From Candidatus Multivoradales bacterium (GTDB taxonomy: Bacteria > Acidobacteriota > Thermoanaerobaculia > Multivoradales > J023): DNA of 64,000 bases. The DNA is taken from assembly GCA_965248925.1 (NCBI GenBank), contig CBDFLE010000005.1, forward strand, positions 800,001 through 864,000. Direction: 5' to 3'. Of this stretch, positions 48,531 to 58,191 are shown piece by piece. How positions within the stretch are numbered: position 1 is the stretch's first letter; each line of letters begins with the position of its first letter. A model generated the notes under the pieces. It was not told where the DNA came from. It did not search any database and saw nothing but the letters and a program-made list of their open reading frames with translations. The translations under genes and the position numbers were made by a program.

Positions 48531-49961
48531 CTAGCAGGGCTCTGCATCTCTTTTCTCGCCACCTCCAAGTTCGCGCAGGCGATCTTCTAGCGGCTTGAGA
48601 TCGGCTTCGCCAACAGTACGTAAATCGAGCCACAGAGCGGCGGCGTGAAGACGGCCGAGGATCGGCGGGTCGCCACGCCGCAATTGCGCGGCCAGCTGGT
48701 CGACGGAGCCGCCGCGAGGCACTAAGCGCAGCGCCCAGCTACTGTAGTCGCGAGCCGGCAAGGAACCACTACCGGCCTGCGCCTGGCTGGGGGCGGCTTG
48801 GAGGTCAAAACCCGGCAGGTCGGCCAAGGACGCGGCTAACCGCCGCGCACGCTGTTCGAGCTGACTCTCATCCATCAACAAGCGTGACAAGGCCGGAATC
48901 TGGTCAACGACCTGGGTAGGTTCGTCGAGATAGAGCCGCAATGTGGCTTCAAGAGCGGTGTAGGTTAAACGCCCCGGACGCAAGGCGCGGAAAAGAGGAT
49001 GGCGACGGCAGAGCTCGATGCCTTCTACACTGCCAGCCAAAATTCCCGCCTGTGGACCTCCGAGTAGCTTGTCGCCGCTGAAGCACACCAAGTCGGCACC
49101 GGCGGCAATCGACTCTTGTACCCGCTGCTCTCCAGACCGACCATGGCGAGCTAGGTCGAGCAGCGAGCCGGACCCCAGATCATGCACCACCGGCACACCC
49201 CGACCGCGGCCGATCTCGACCAGGGTTGCCAGGTCGACTTCGCCGGTGTATCCCACCAGCCGGTAGTTCGAAGTATGCACCTTGAGCAGCAAGCCGGTGG
49301 CGGGATTGATCGCTCGATCATAGTCGGCGGCGTGGGTACGATTGGTGGTGCCGACACCCACCAGTTGGCAGCCACTCTCTTCGAGAATGTCGGGAATGCG
49401 GTAGGAACCGCCGATCTCCACCATCTCTCCACGCGACAGCACGACCTCTCGACCCCTCGCCAAGGCGGCCAGAATCAGCAGCGTGGCGGCGGCGTTGTTG
49501 TTCACCACGGTCGCCGCCGGGCAGCCCAGAAGCTGGCACAGCAGCTGCTCGCATCCACGATCCCGTCCTCCTCTCTGGCCACTGTGCAAGCGGATCTCGA
49601 CTCGCTGAGGATGGCCGGCGGTTTGGGCGAGCGCCGCAACCGCTGCCGCCGGCAGAGGTGCTCGGCCCAAACCGGTGTGCAGAATCACCCCGCTGGCGTT
49701 GATCACCCGCCGGTAGTAGGGCCGCCGGCCATCGAGCCGAACGGCGATGACGGCGGCTAGACGCGATGGCTCGAACGCCCGTGGGTTGAGCGGCGCCACC
49801 TGAACTTGCTGGCGTAGTTCATCTAGGTGCTGACGCAAGCTGCGCAGCACGGACTGCCGAGAGTGCCGCTGCAAGACCTCGGTGAAGGCGTCCGAAACTA
49901 CCAACCGATCAACTTGTGGGATACGGCGTAGCGTGGCGTGCAGCCCTTGGCGGTCCGTCAT
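48531..49961 (-). CDS. selA: L-seryl-tRNA(Sec) selenium transferase
   Basis: INASG.ILHT.LGRA, VNNNAAA, SRGE.VEIGG, DLGSG, FSGDKLLGGPQAG. Confidence 0.95.
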   Translation of the reverse strand: MTDRQGLHATLRRIPQVDRLVVSDAFTEVLQRHSRQSVLRSLRQHLDELRQQVQVAPLNPRAFEPSRLAAVIAVRLDGRRPYYRRVINASGVILHTGLGRAPLPAAAVAALAQTAGHPQRVEIRLHSGQRGGRDRGCEQLLCQLLGCPAATVVNNNAAATLLILAALARGREVVLSRGEMVEIGGSYRIPDILEESGCQLVGVGTTNRTHAADYDRAINPATGLLLKVHTSNYRLVGYTGEVDLATLVEIGRGRGVPVVHDLGSGSLLDLARHGRSGEQRVQESIAAGADLVCFSGDKLLGGPQAGILAGSVEGIELCRRHPLFRALRPGRLTYTALEATLRLYLDEPTQVVDQIPALSRLLMDESQLEQRARRLAASLADLPGFDLQAAPSQAQAGSGSLPARDYSSWALRLVPRGGSVDQLAAQLRRGDPPILGRLHAAALWLDLRTVGEADLKPLEDRLRELGGGEKRDAEPC

Positions 49962-50091
49962 CACGGCAGTATACGTGGATCTCCCCCGCCGTTCGGCTCA
50001 GCTGCCATCGTCCTGACCGTGGACGCTGAGGGCGCTGGCGACTACACTGAGGGCATCGTCAGGTAACCAGTGCCCGGGGGGCCCCAGAAGA

Positions 50092-52329
50092 ATGCCGAGT
50101 CTTCGTGTCTTGCTACTGCTATCCGTGTGTCTGGTTGGCTGCCAGCCGTCTCTCATCAGTCTCCAACCGGTCAGCCCAGGGGGCGCAGCTAGCGCCGCCA
50201 CCGGCGATGAGCGCCACGGCGGCCCGCCGCCACCGGGCTATGTGCGGATCCTTGGCAACGCCGTCCCTGGTTGGCAGTCCACGGATGCGTTCCACCAGCG
50301 CAACAGCATGTTGAGCTGGTCGTTACTCGGCCCTCAACCGATCACCCACGAGTTCTGGAGCGGCAATGATCTGGCTACTGGCCGCGTTGTGGCGGTCGTG
50401 CCGCATCCGACCGACGCCGACACGGTCTACATCGCCGCCGCTTCGGGAGGCATTTGGAAGACCACCAATGGTGGTTCTAGCTGGCTGCCCCTGACCGATG
50501 AGCTGGCGAATCTAAACCACGGCTGCTTGGCCCTGGATCCCGCCAATCCGCAGACCATCTACGCCGGCACTGGCGAGTACACCACCGCGAGCGGTGGCGA
50601 CGGTATTTTTCGCTCCGTGGATGGCGGCGTGACCTGGAGTCGCTTCTCCACCGCTGCCGAGACCGGCGCCAATTGCAGCGCGGTGATTGTCGACCCCCAA
50701 GAGCCGCTGACGGTCCACGTCAGCGGCAGTTCTGGCTACGCTCGCACCAGCGATGGCGGTACAACCTGGCAGCTGCTGCTGGCGGGCGCGGCATCAGCCC
50801 TGACCATGGATGCTGGCGATCCCGACACTCTGTTCTTGGGTCGCCAGAACGCCGGCATCTTTCGTTCCCGCGACGGCGGCGATACCTGGACTCAGGTTTT
50901 CGGCGGGTTACCGCTGACCGGCGTGCGACGGGTGCTGGTGCAAGCCGCACCGGCGGATCCGGGCACTCTTTACGCTGCCCTGATGAACACCGGCAACCAG
51001 CTGCTCGGCTTGTTCCGCTCGGACGACGATGGCGACACTTGGATACCCAAAGCCAACACGCCGAATTTCGCCGGCAGCCAAGGGTGGTATTCCGCCTTCT
51101 TGACGGTCTCACCTACCGATTCAGATCTACTTTTCGCGGGCGGCGTCTTCCCCACTTACGCCCCGGCTGGAGCAGTGCGCAGCAGCGATGGCGGCAACGG
51201 CTGGATCGATGTCACGGTCGGCGTGCTGGGCGGTCAACTCCACCCCGACATGCACGCTGGCGCTTTTGCCGCCGACGGCAGCATTTGGATCGGCTGCGAC
51301 GGCGGGGTGTGGAAATCGAATGACAACGGCCAAGAATGGCTCAACCTCAATCAAAGCCTGGCCATCACTCAGAGCTATACCATCGCTCGCGCGCCTGGCT
51401 CTGGCTTGCTGATCAACGGCACTCAGGACAATGGAACTATCGAGGGCAATCCCGTCAACCCGGCCTGGTCGCAGATCCTGGCCGGAGATGGCGGCTTCGC
51501 CACCTATGACTTCGATCAGCCATCGCGCCGCTACGTGACTTACATTCGTCTGTCGGTCTACCGCCTCGACAGTGGCGGCAGCCGAGAGATCACTGGCCCC
51601 TGGGGCGCAGACAATGTGAGCTTTATCGCTCCGCTGGTGGCCGACCCGCTCGATTCCGACACTCTCTACGGCGGCACTAATCGGCTGTGGCGAACCACCA
51701 ATGCCAGCGCCACCAACCCGCAGTGGACGCCCATTAGCAATGCGACGGTGGGAGCTGGCCAGCCCCTTGACGCCATCGCCGTGGCCGCCGCGGACCCAGC
51801 GACCATCTGGCTGGGCGGCGCCGCTGGCAAAGTAGCGATCACCAGAGACGGTGGCGCGACTTGGCAAGATCGCTCCAGCGGCCTGCCCGGCGGCGGCATC
51901 AGCGACCTGCTGGTCGATCCGCAAGATCCACAACTCGCCTGGGTCGGCTTGTTCTCGACCAGCGGTCCGCGCCTGCTGCTCAGCAACGATGCCGGCCTCA
52001 GCTGGCAGAACAGAACCGGCAGCCTACCCGGCGGCTTGTCGATCAAAGCCTTGGCGGTGGATTGGCGGTCACCGAGCAATCTCTACATCGGCACCGGTGC
52101 AGGGGTCTATTACTCCACCAATGGCGGGCAGACCTGGACCAAGGATGGCTCGGATCTGCCGAATGTCAACATCGGTGATTTGCTGATCGATTTTGCAACC
52201 GAGGAGATCTATGCCGCGACTTTCGGCCGCGGTACCTGGCGGGCGCCGCTGCTACCGATCGGTGGAATCTTTGTGGATGGCTTCGAAGCCGGCAACAGCA
52301 GCAGCTGGAGTAGCTCTCAGGGAGACTGA
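50092..52329 (+). CDS. Secreted BNR/Asp-box beta-propeller (sortilin/YCF48-like) protein
   Basis: Lipobox-like LVGC; many S/T.DGG.TW repeats; GTQDNG; ATFGRG.W; C-terminal IFVDGFEAG. Confidence 0.88.
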   Translation: MPSLRVLLLLSVCLVGCQPSLISLQPVSPGGAASAATGDERHGGPPPPGYVRILGNAVPGWQSTDAFHQRNSMLSWSLLGPQPITHEFWSGNDLATGRVVAVVPHPTDADTVYIAAASGGIWKTTNGGSSWLPLTDELANLNHGCLALDPANPQTIYAGTGEYTTASGGDGIFRSVDGGVTWSRFSTAAETGANCSAVIVDPQEPLTVHVSGSSGYARTSDGGTTWQLLLAGAASALTMDAGDPDTLFLGRQNAGIFRSRDGGDTWTQVFGGLPLTGVRRVLVQAAPADPGTLYAALMNTGNQLLGLFRSDDDGDTWIPKANTPNFAGSQGWYSAFLTVSPTDSDLLFAGGVFPTYAPAGAVRSSDGGNGWIDVTVGVLGGQLHPDMHAGAFAADGSIWIGCDGGVWKSNDNGQEWLNLNQSLAITQSYTIARAPGSGLLINGTQDNGTIEGNPVNPAWSQILAGDGGFATYDFDQPSRRYVTYIRLSVYRLDSGGSREITGPWGADNVSFIAPLVADPLDSDTLYGGTNRLWRTTNASATNPQWTPISNATVGAGQPLDAIAVAAADPATIWLGGAAGKVAITRDGGATWQDRSSGLPGGGISDLLVDPQDPQLAWVGLFSTSGPRLLLSNDAGLSWQNRTGSLPGGLSIKALAVDWRSPSNLYIGTGAGVYYSTNGGQTWTKDGSDLPNVNIGDLLIDFATEEIYAATFGRGTWRAPLLPIGGIFVDGFEAGNSSSWSSSQGD

Positions 52330-52409
52330 CCAGGGCTCAACCGCCACCTGGCACATGCCGTGAGCCTGGAAACATGGGCCTGAAGACGCAGAACTGAAAC
52401 AGGGATGTT

Positions 52410-52486
52410 TGGAGGCGACGGCCGGATTCGAACCGGCGAATAGAGGTTTTGCAGACCTCCGCCTTAGACCACTTGGCCACGTCGCC
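52410..52486 (-). tRNA. tRNA-Cys(GCA)
   Basis: Cloverleaf, CT-GCA-AA loop, U discriminator, encoded CCA. Confidence 0.96.
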
Positions 52487-52644
52487 TTGATTCCGCGCTC
52501 GATTTGCATCGAGGGCTTCCAGCATATCACCCGCCTCTCACCCTAAACGCGGACCGCGGCTGAAGATCCAGCCTGCCGACGACCGCATTCTTGGTGCAAC
52601 CGAGACGTCGACGGTGAGCCAAAGGGCGGCAGAGGGAAAATGCA

Positions 52645-52719
52645 TGGAGCGGGAAACGGGATTCGAACCCGCGACCCCAACCTTGGCAAGGTTGTGCTCT
52701 ACCACTGAGCTATTCCCGC
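52645..52719 (-). tRNA. tRNA-Gly(GCC)
   Basis: GCGGGAA acceptor, TT-GCC-AA loop, encoded CCA. Confidence 0.97.
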
Positions 52720-52730
52720 TCGGGAGGAGA

Positions 52731-52759
52731 AGGATAGTGTCCCTTCAACAGGCTGTCAA
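52731..52759 (-). promoter_or_regulatory. Sigma-70 promoter of tRNA-Gly/tRNA-Cys
   Basis: Minus strand TTGACA-N17-TATCCT. Confidence 0.75.
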
Positions 52760-52796
52760 GCGCCTTTATCTGTGCCGGTTTGCGGCCCTCCGCAAG

Positions 52797-53186
52797 CTAT
52801 CTCGCGGAAGCGTTAAAGGCGTCGCGAATGAGGGTAAAACTCCACCCTGAGGCGGTCCAATCGAGCCCGATAACATCGAACCGACACGCTGCATCGAAGT
52901 TTCGCTGAGCGAGAAATAATGCGGCAGCGCGAGCTATCTTGCGCTGCTTGGCGGGCGGAACGGCGGCAATCGCCGGGCCATAGGAAGCGCTGGCACGCGC
53001 TTTGACCTCTACGAAACACAGGGTCTCCCCTTCCCAGGCCACCAGATCGATTTCACCCGCGGCGGTGGTGACATTGCGTTCGACAATGCGATAGCCATGC
53101 TCCTTGAGCCAACTTTCAGCTTCACCCTCCCCGACCCGCCCTCGAGCCCGGGTGTGGGGTTGACGATGAAAGAGGTGCTCCGCCAT
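52797..53186 (-). CDS. YraN family (UPF0102) nuclease-fold protein
   Basis: G..GE..A..WL...GY.I..RN, GEIDLVA, FVEVKAR, RFDVI. Confidence 0.93.
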   Translation of the reverse strand: MAEHLFHRQPHTRARGRVGEGEAESWLKEHGYRIVERNVTTAAGEIDLVAWEGETLCFVEVKARASASYGPAIAAVPPAKQRKIARAAALFLAQRNFDAACRFDVIGLDWTASGWSFTLIRDAFNASAR

Positions 53187-53194
53187 CTGTTCGC

Positions 53195-54613
53195 CTACCG
53201 GCGCCGCCATCGGCTGCCCGTCGCGCTGTCTTCAATCACCACGTTGGCCTCTTGCAACTGGTCGCGAAGGCGATCGGCAGCAGCGAAATCGCGATCGGCG
53301 CGGGCTTGTTGGCGAGCGGCCACTAACTGGTCGATCTGCGCGTCGGTGAGGCCCGCGGCGGCGGCATCCTGCCACGCCGTCGGATCGAGCACAGCGAGCA
53401 CTCGGTCGACTTCGGCCAGCGCTGCCAGGATTCGCTGGCTATCGCCCTCACCGAGTTCCTGGTCGCCAATCATGCGATTGACCTCTCGAACAAAACCAAA
53501 CAGCGCGGCGAGGGCCTCGGCAATATTCAGATCGTCGGCCAGACCAGCGGCGAAGTCGTCGAGCAGCTTGGCGCAGGCCGTCGCCACCGCTGGCCGCGGC
53601 TCCCCCTGCTCACCAGTTCCGCCGAGGCGAAAACACATATCGTCGACCCGCTTCAGAGCGGCGCTGGCAGCAGCCAAAGACTCAAAGGTGAAGTTGAGTT
53701 TCTGCCGGTAATGCACCGACAGCATCAAATAGCGCACCGAGCGCCGGTTGCCCCCTTTCTCCAACACATCTCCGAGGGTGTAGAAGTTGCCCAACGACTT
53801 GGACATCTTCTGCCCATCAACCATCAGATGCTCGGCATGCAACCAGGTGTGAACATAGGTCTCGCCGGTGGCGGACTCGCTTTGAGCGATTTCGTTCTCA
53901 TGATGGGGAAAGATGTTGTCGACCCCACCACAGTGGATATCGAAACTCGGGCCAAGGTACTTCATCGCCATCGCCGAGCACTCGATATGCCAACCGGGGC
54001 GCCCTGGTCCCCACGGCGAGGGCCAGGAGGGTTCGCCTTCCTTGGCCGCCTTCCACAGGCCGAAATCGCGAGCGTCTTCTTTGTCGTATTCATCCGAGGC
54101 CACCCGCTGGCCTTGCCTGCTGTGGCTCAGATCGGCGCCCGACAGACGGCCATAATCGGCATCTGAGGCGATGCGAAAGAACACCGAACCGTCGTCGCCA
54201 ACGTAGGCATTATCACGCTCGATCAGCCGCTCGATCAGCTCGATCATCTCAGCGATGTGCTCGGTGGCCCGCGGATAACACTCAACGCGTTCGAAGCCGA
54301 GGGCATCGAGATCGGCGAAAAAGGCATCGATGTGAGTGGCGGTGAACTCGTCTAGCTCAACCCCGTCGCGCAAGGCACCGCGGATGGTCTTGTCGTCGAC
54401 ATCGGTGAGGTTCATCACCTGGGTCACCTGATAACCGAGAAAGCCCAGCGTGCGACGGAGCAGATCTTCGAAGAGAAAAGACCGAAGATTGCCGATATGT
54501 GCCCGATTGTAGACCGTCGGACCACAGGTGTAGATCTTGACCCGCGGCGGATCGAGCGGCTGAAAGACCTCAAGCTTCTTGCCGAGGGTATTGAAGAATC
54601 TAAGCTGGCGCAT
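53195..54613 (-). CDS. cysS: Cysteine-tRNA ligase
   Basis: CGPTVY..HIGN, GRPGWHIECSAM, KMSKS. Confidence 0.98.
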   Translation of the reverse strand: MRQLRFFNTLGKKLEVFQPLDPPRVKIYTCGPTVYNRAHIGNLRSFLFEDLLRRTLGFLGYQVTQVMNLTDVDDKTIRGALRDGVELDEFTATHIDAFFADLDALGFERVECYPRATEHIAEMIELIERLIERDNAYVGDDGSVFFRIASDADYGRLSGADLSHSRQGQRVASDEYDKEDARDFGLWKAAKEGEPSWPSPWGPGRPGWHIECSAMAMKYLGPSFDIHCGGVDNIFPHHENEIAQSESATGETYVHTWLHAEHLMVDGQKMSKSLGNFYTLGDVLEKGGNRRSVRYLMLSVHYRQKLNFTFESLAAASAALKRVDDMCFRLGGTGEQGEPRPAVATACAKLLDDFAAGLADDLNIAEALAALFGFVREVNRMIGDQELGEGDSQRILAALAEVDRVLAVLDPTAWQDAAAAGLTDAQIDQLVAARQQARADRDFAAADRLRDQLQEANVVIEDSATGSRWRRR

Positions 54614-54716
54614 GCCGAGAGCCCCTGTAGAGAGAGTGCTTGCGAGTTCGCGCAGGCTATCGCAAAACGCCTTTCGCGGCAGGACCAAACCAGGAGCCCA
54701 CGGCGGGACTTGCAAC

Positions 54717-55223
54717 TCACCCGGAACGTGCCAGGCGGCGCAGCTGACGGCGTACCCGATCGCGGCGCAGCCCTCGGACATGGTCGTAGAACAGAATGCC
54801 GTCCAGGTGATCAAGTTCGTGGCAGATAGCCCTTGCCTCAAAGCCCTCAGCGCTGAACTCGAAAGTTTTTCCTGCCAGGTTCTGGGCCTGCAATTTGACC
54901 TGAGTAGGTCGAGCAACCCGCTCCGAGATACCCGGCAGGGAAAGGCAAGCCTCGGCCTCGACCTCGCGGCCCACTTGCTGTAACAGCTGGGGATTAACCA
55001 GCACTCGCAGCTCTTCGGCATGCTTACCCACCGACACGTCGACCACCGCCAAACGTAGCTCTACACCGACCTGCGGCGCCGCCAGGCCAACCCCGGGAGC
55101 GGCCACCATGGTCTCCACCATGGCCTCCGCCAGCTCGCTAAGTTCGTTGTCGAAGCGCTCTACAGGGGCACACTTCACCCGCAAGATGGGATCGGGATAC
55201 AAACGGATCGGGAGTACCGCCAC
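54717..55223 (-). CDS. def: Peptide deformylase
   Basis: GVGLAAPQVG, EACLS, HELDHLDG. Confidence 0.97.
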   Translation of the reverse strand: MAVLPIRLYPDPILRVKCAPVERFDNELSELAEAMVETMVAAPGVGLAAPQVGVELRLAVVDVSVGKHAEELRVLVNPQLLQQVGREVEAEACLSLPGISERVARPTQVKLQAQNLAGKTFEFSAEGFEARAICHELDHLDGILFYDHVRGLRRDRVRRQLRRLARSG

Positions 55224-55226
55224 CCC

Positions 55227-56096
55227 TCAAACCCCAAGGCGCTGAATCGAGACCGCGACGTCGCGATCATTCTGTTGCTTGCGCAAGACGCCCAAGAAAC
55301 CCCGCGGATCTTCGGCGCCGACCATCGATTGCTGCAATCCCCGCCGGCCGAGTCTAAAAACAGTCACCGGCGTCGTCGCCTGATACCGAGCGGGCCAGGT
55401 CTTCCGCTCGATCAACGCCGACTCGCCGATCAGATCGCCGGTCGAGAAGCTGCGAACGTTGGTGAATTTGCCGGCCATTTCCACTTCGGCGTCGACCATT
55501 CCATCGACCACCAAGAACATCATCGAGTGACTGTCTCCCTGCTCGGCCAAGATCTCTCCACGGGGCAGCTGGAGCAACTCCATCGCCGCGAACAAGCGTT
55601 TGAGCTGCTCACCAGCGAGCTGCTCGACCAGGTGGCTCTTGGCGATCTTGTTCCACAGCATCTCCACCGCCAACACCGAGTCACCCGCCGCCAAGGCGCC
55701 GGCAGAGGAGTTCGATCGCAGTCCTTCGATCGCCAGACGACGACGGTGCTCAAGGCGCTTCTTGCGGCGATAAATGGCGATGCGCCGCGGCAGGGTATCG
55801 TCTCCCGGCGCCAGCCGAACCGCCTTTGAGAGCAGCGCGATACCCTTGTCGAAGAACCCGTCCTCGGCCTGGGAGTCGGCCACGAAGACGTATTCACCAA
55901 GCGCTTTTTTGACGTCCTTGAGCCCGAGATAGACTTCGGCCAGCTTGAGGTGGGAATGCAGATCCTTGCGCGACGTCTTGATCCTTGCCTCGAGCCGATC
56001 AGCGGCATCTTCGTAGCGTTCGAGAGTGATCAGATCCTCGATCGTCAACTCGCGCTTCTTCTCGGGGGCACCCTTGCCAAAGAGCTTTTTCAGCAC
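55227..56096 (-). CDS. TPR plus cyclic-nucleotide-binding domain protein
   Basis: N-terminal TPR-like helices; QGD....FLVVDG.V, GDLIGESAL. Confidence 0.8.
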   Translation of the reverse strand: MLKKLFGKGAPEKKRELTIEDLITLERYEDAADRLEARIKTSRKDLHSHLKLAEVYLGLKDVKKALGEYVFVADSQAEDGFFDKGIALLSKAVRLAPGDDTLPRRIAIYRRKKRLEHRRRLAIEGLRSNSSAGALAAGDSVLAVEMLWNKIAKSHLVEQLAGEQLKRLFAAMELLQLPRGEILAEQGDSHSMMFLVVDGMVDAEVEMAGKFTNVRSFSTGDLIGESALIERKTWPARYQATTPVTVFRLGRRGLQQSMVGAEDPRGFLGVLRKQQNDRDVAVSIQRLGV

Positions 56097-56358
56097 GATG
56101 GCATCGCCAGGGCCCGCGCCGTCACTAACGGGTGGGTTGCCATCCGCTTGGTTGTCGCCATTTTATCGCCCCCTCGGCAGTAGATTTGATCGAGGGAACC
56201 GCCCTCTGCGGCTGCTCTATGTGGCAGCCCTCGGCCCGACTCGATCACGGTTCAGCTATTGGTAGGAAGCTATTATATAGAAGCGGCGCTAGCCTCGGCT
56301 CGAAAAAGGGCCGGCGTGCGGTAGCTACGACCTGCATTGGGCTATAGTCACGGCGCCT

Positions 56359-56610
56359 ATGGAACTGGACCTGCTGCTGCGCTTCATCTTCATCCTCTAC
56401 TGCACCGTCGTCGGGATGATTCTTGTTCTCGCCCCGTGGATGGCGAGCTGGGACCAGCTGTTGGCACCACTAGCAGCGTCGACCCTGCGTCTGCTGCAGC
56501 ATCCAGTTTTGCGCGGTGGGCTGAGCGGCTTCGGCTTGGTGCATCTGCTCTGGGCGTTGCACGATCTCGGAGCCATGCTGCGCCAAGTAGGGGAGAACGA
56601 TGAGCCTTGA
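56359..56610 (+). CDS. Small membrane protein
   Basis: Two hydrophobic segments; overlaps thiE start. Confidence 0.65.
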   Translation: MELDLLLRFIFILYCTVVGMILVLAPWMASWDQLLAPLAASTLRLLQHPVLRGGLSGFGLVHLLWALHDLGAMLRQVGENDEP

Positions 56611-57247
56611 GTTTCGCCTGCCCCGACTGATGGCGATCAGCGATCCGCTCGAACGGGGTCAGGAGAGCTTCGATGGCTGGTTGCGGCGGGTTGCCGATGC
56701 GGGGGTCGACACGGTGCAAATACGCGAGAAACAGCTCTCGGATCGTTCCCTCTACCAACTCGCCCTCAACGCCCGCCGCTTGCTCGGCGAGCGACCGCGC
56801 ATTCTGATCAACGGCCGCGTCGACATTGCTTTGGCAGCGGGCTGTGCCGGCGCCCACCTGCCGGCCGCCGAACTCTCCGCGCTGGATTTGCGCCGGCACT
56901 TTGGTAGCCATCTACTCCTGGGGCGCTCGACCCACCACCCCGAAGAGGTGGCGGCGGCTCGGCGCGAAGGTCTCGACTACGTGACTTTCGGTCCGATCTT
57001 TCCCACGCCGACCAAAGCTGCCTATGGTCCGCCGCCTGGCCTGGCAGGACTCCGCAAGGCGCTGAGCCACGGCTTGCCAGTGCTCGCCCTCGGTGGGGTT
57101 GGCAGCGAGAACTTCGCCGCAGTGTTGGCCGCAGGAGCGCGAGGCCTGGCGGGAATCCACGCCTTCCATGACCCTCAAAGCCTCGCCATCATCGCTCAGC
57201 CTGGCGTTGCCCAAGCCAACCTCAGGCTGGCCAACAGCGACCGCTAA
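56600..57247 (+). CDS. thiE: Thiamine phosphate synthase
   Basis: VQIREK, INGRVDIA, STH, FGPIFPT.TK, ALGG. Confidence 0.88.
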   Translation: MSLEFRLPRLMAISDPLERGQESFDGWLRRVADAGVDTVQIREKQLSDRSLYQLALNARRLLGERPRILINGRVDIALAAGCAGAHLPAAELSALDLRRHFGSHLLLGRSTHHPEEVAAARREGLDYVTFGPIFPTPTKAAYGPPPGLAGLRKALSHGLPVLALGGVGSENFAAVLAAGARGLAGIHAFHDPQSLAIIAQPGVAQANLRLANSDR

Positions 57248-57651
57248 TGGCGATTCTCGGAATCGGTCTCGACTTGGTCGACTTGGGCCGTATCGAGCGC
57301 CTATACGACCGCCACGGCGAAGTCTTCGTGTGCAAATTCTGCTGCCCTGGGGAGTGCCAAAGGCGCCAAGGCCATGCCATGATCGAGCATCTCGGCGGCC
57401 TATTCGCCGCCAAGGAAGCGGTGCTGAAAGCTCTCGGCACCGGTTGGGCGGCCGGCCTCGGCTTTCGTCAGATAGAAGTCGTGCGCAACTCAGCCGGCGC
57501 GCCGTCGATCAACTTGCACCAGCGGGCAGCACAGCGCGCAGCGGCTCTGGGAGTGGGCTCGATCCATCTGTCGATTACCCACGAGCGCACTTACGCGGCG
57601 GCCGTTGCGGTGCTAGAAGGAAGCCTGATAGCAGAAGAGGATTTACCATGA
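57247..57651 (+). CDS. acpS: Holo-ACP synthase
   Basis: GIGLDLV, FAAKEA..KALGTG, LSITH. Confidence 0.95.
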   Translation: MAILGIGLDLVDLGRIERLYDRHGEVFVCKFCCPGECQRRQGHAMIEHLGGLFAAKEAVLKALGTGWAAGLGFRQIEVVRNSAGAPSINLHQRAAQRAAALGVGSIHLSITHERTYAAAVAVLEGSLIAEEDLP

Positions 57652-58181
57652 GTTCGCCCAAGCGCTTCGTCCGTAGTCGCTACTTGCTGATCTCGATCGC
57701 TGTCTTGGCCCTCGACCAGTGGAGCAAGTGGCTGGTCGAATTACATCTGCCCTTATACTTCCGCGAACCGGTGATTCCCGGACTTCTCAACCTCGCTCAT
57801 GTGCGCAATACCGGTGTCGCCTTTGGTATGTTCGCCAATCACGGCAGTTCGGCTATCGGCACTTGGGTGCTGAGCCTCCTCGGCCTCGGTGCGCTGACGT
57901 TCGTCTTGGTCTATTTTAGCCGCGTGCCGGAGGACAGCCGGTTGCTGCTAGTGGCGCTCACCCTGGTGCTCGGCGGCGCGGTGGGCAACTTGCTTGACCG
58001 CATCACTACCGGCGGGGTGACCGATTTCATCGACTTCTACTTTCGCGACTATCATTGGCACACCTTCAATGTGGCCGACAGCGCCATCACCATCGGCATC
58101 GGTTTGATGCTGATCAGTTCCTTCTCGCAACAGCGATCCGCCGCCGCCGAAGTCGAGCCGGTGACGCTGGAGAGCCCATGA
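57648..58181 (+). CDS. lspA: Lipoprotein signal peptidase II
   Basis: DQWSK, N.GVAFG, GN..DR, V.DFI, FNVAD. Confidence 0.96.
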   Translation: MSSPKRFVRSRYLLISIAVLALDQWSKWLVELHLPLYFREPVIPGLLNLAHVRNTGVAFGMFANHGSSAIGTWVLSLLGLGALTFVLVYFSRVPEDSRLLLVALTLVLGGAVGNLLDRITTGGVTDFIDFYFRDYHWHTFNVADSAITIGIGLMLISSFSQQRSAAAEVEPVTLESP

Positions 58182-58191
58182 GTTCTCCAGC

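Noticed and set aside
49962-50091. tRNA-Sec (selC) next to selA
   Set aside because: No TCA anticodon arm or T-loop consensus; selB/selD not in window.
54614-55021. 135-aa N-terminal extension of CysS in the ORF track (similar for recJ, lspA, OPT)
   Set aside because: Overlaps neighbouring real genes; family homology begins at the downstream start.
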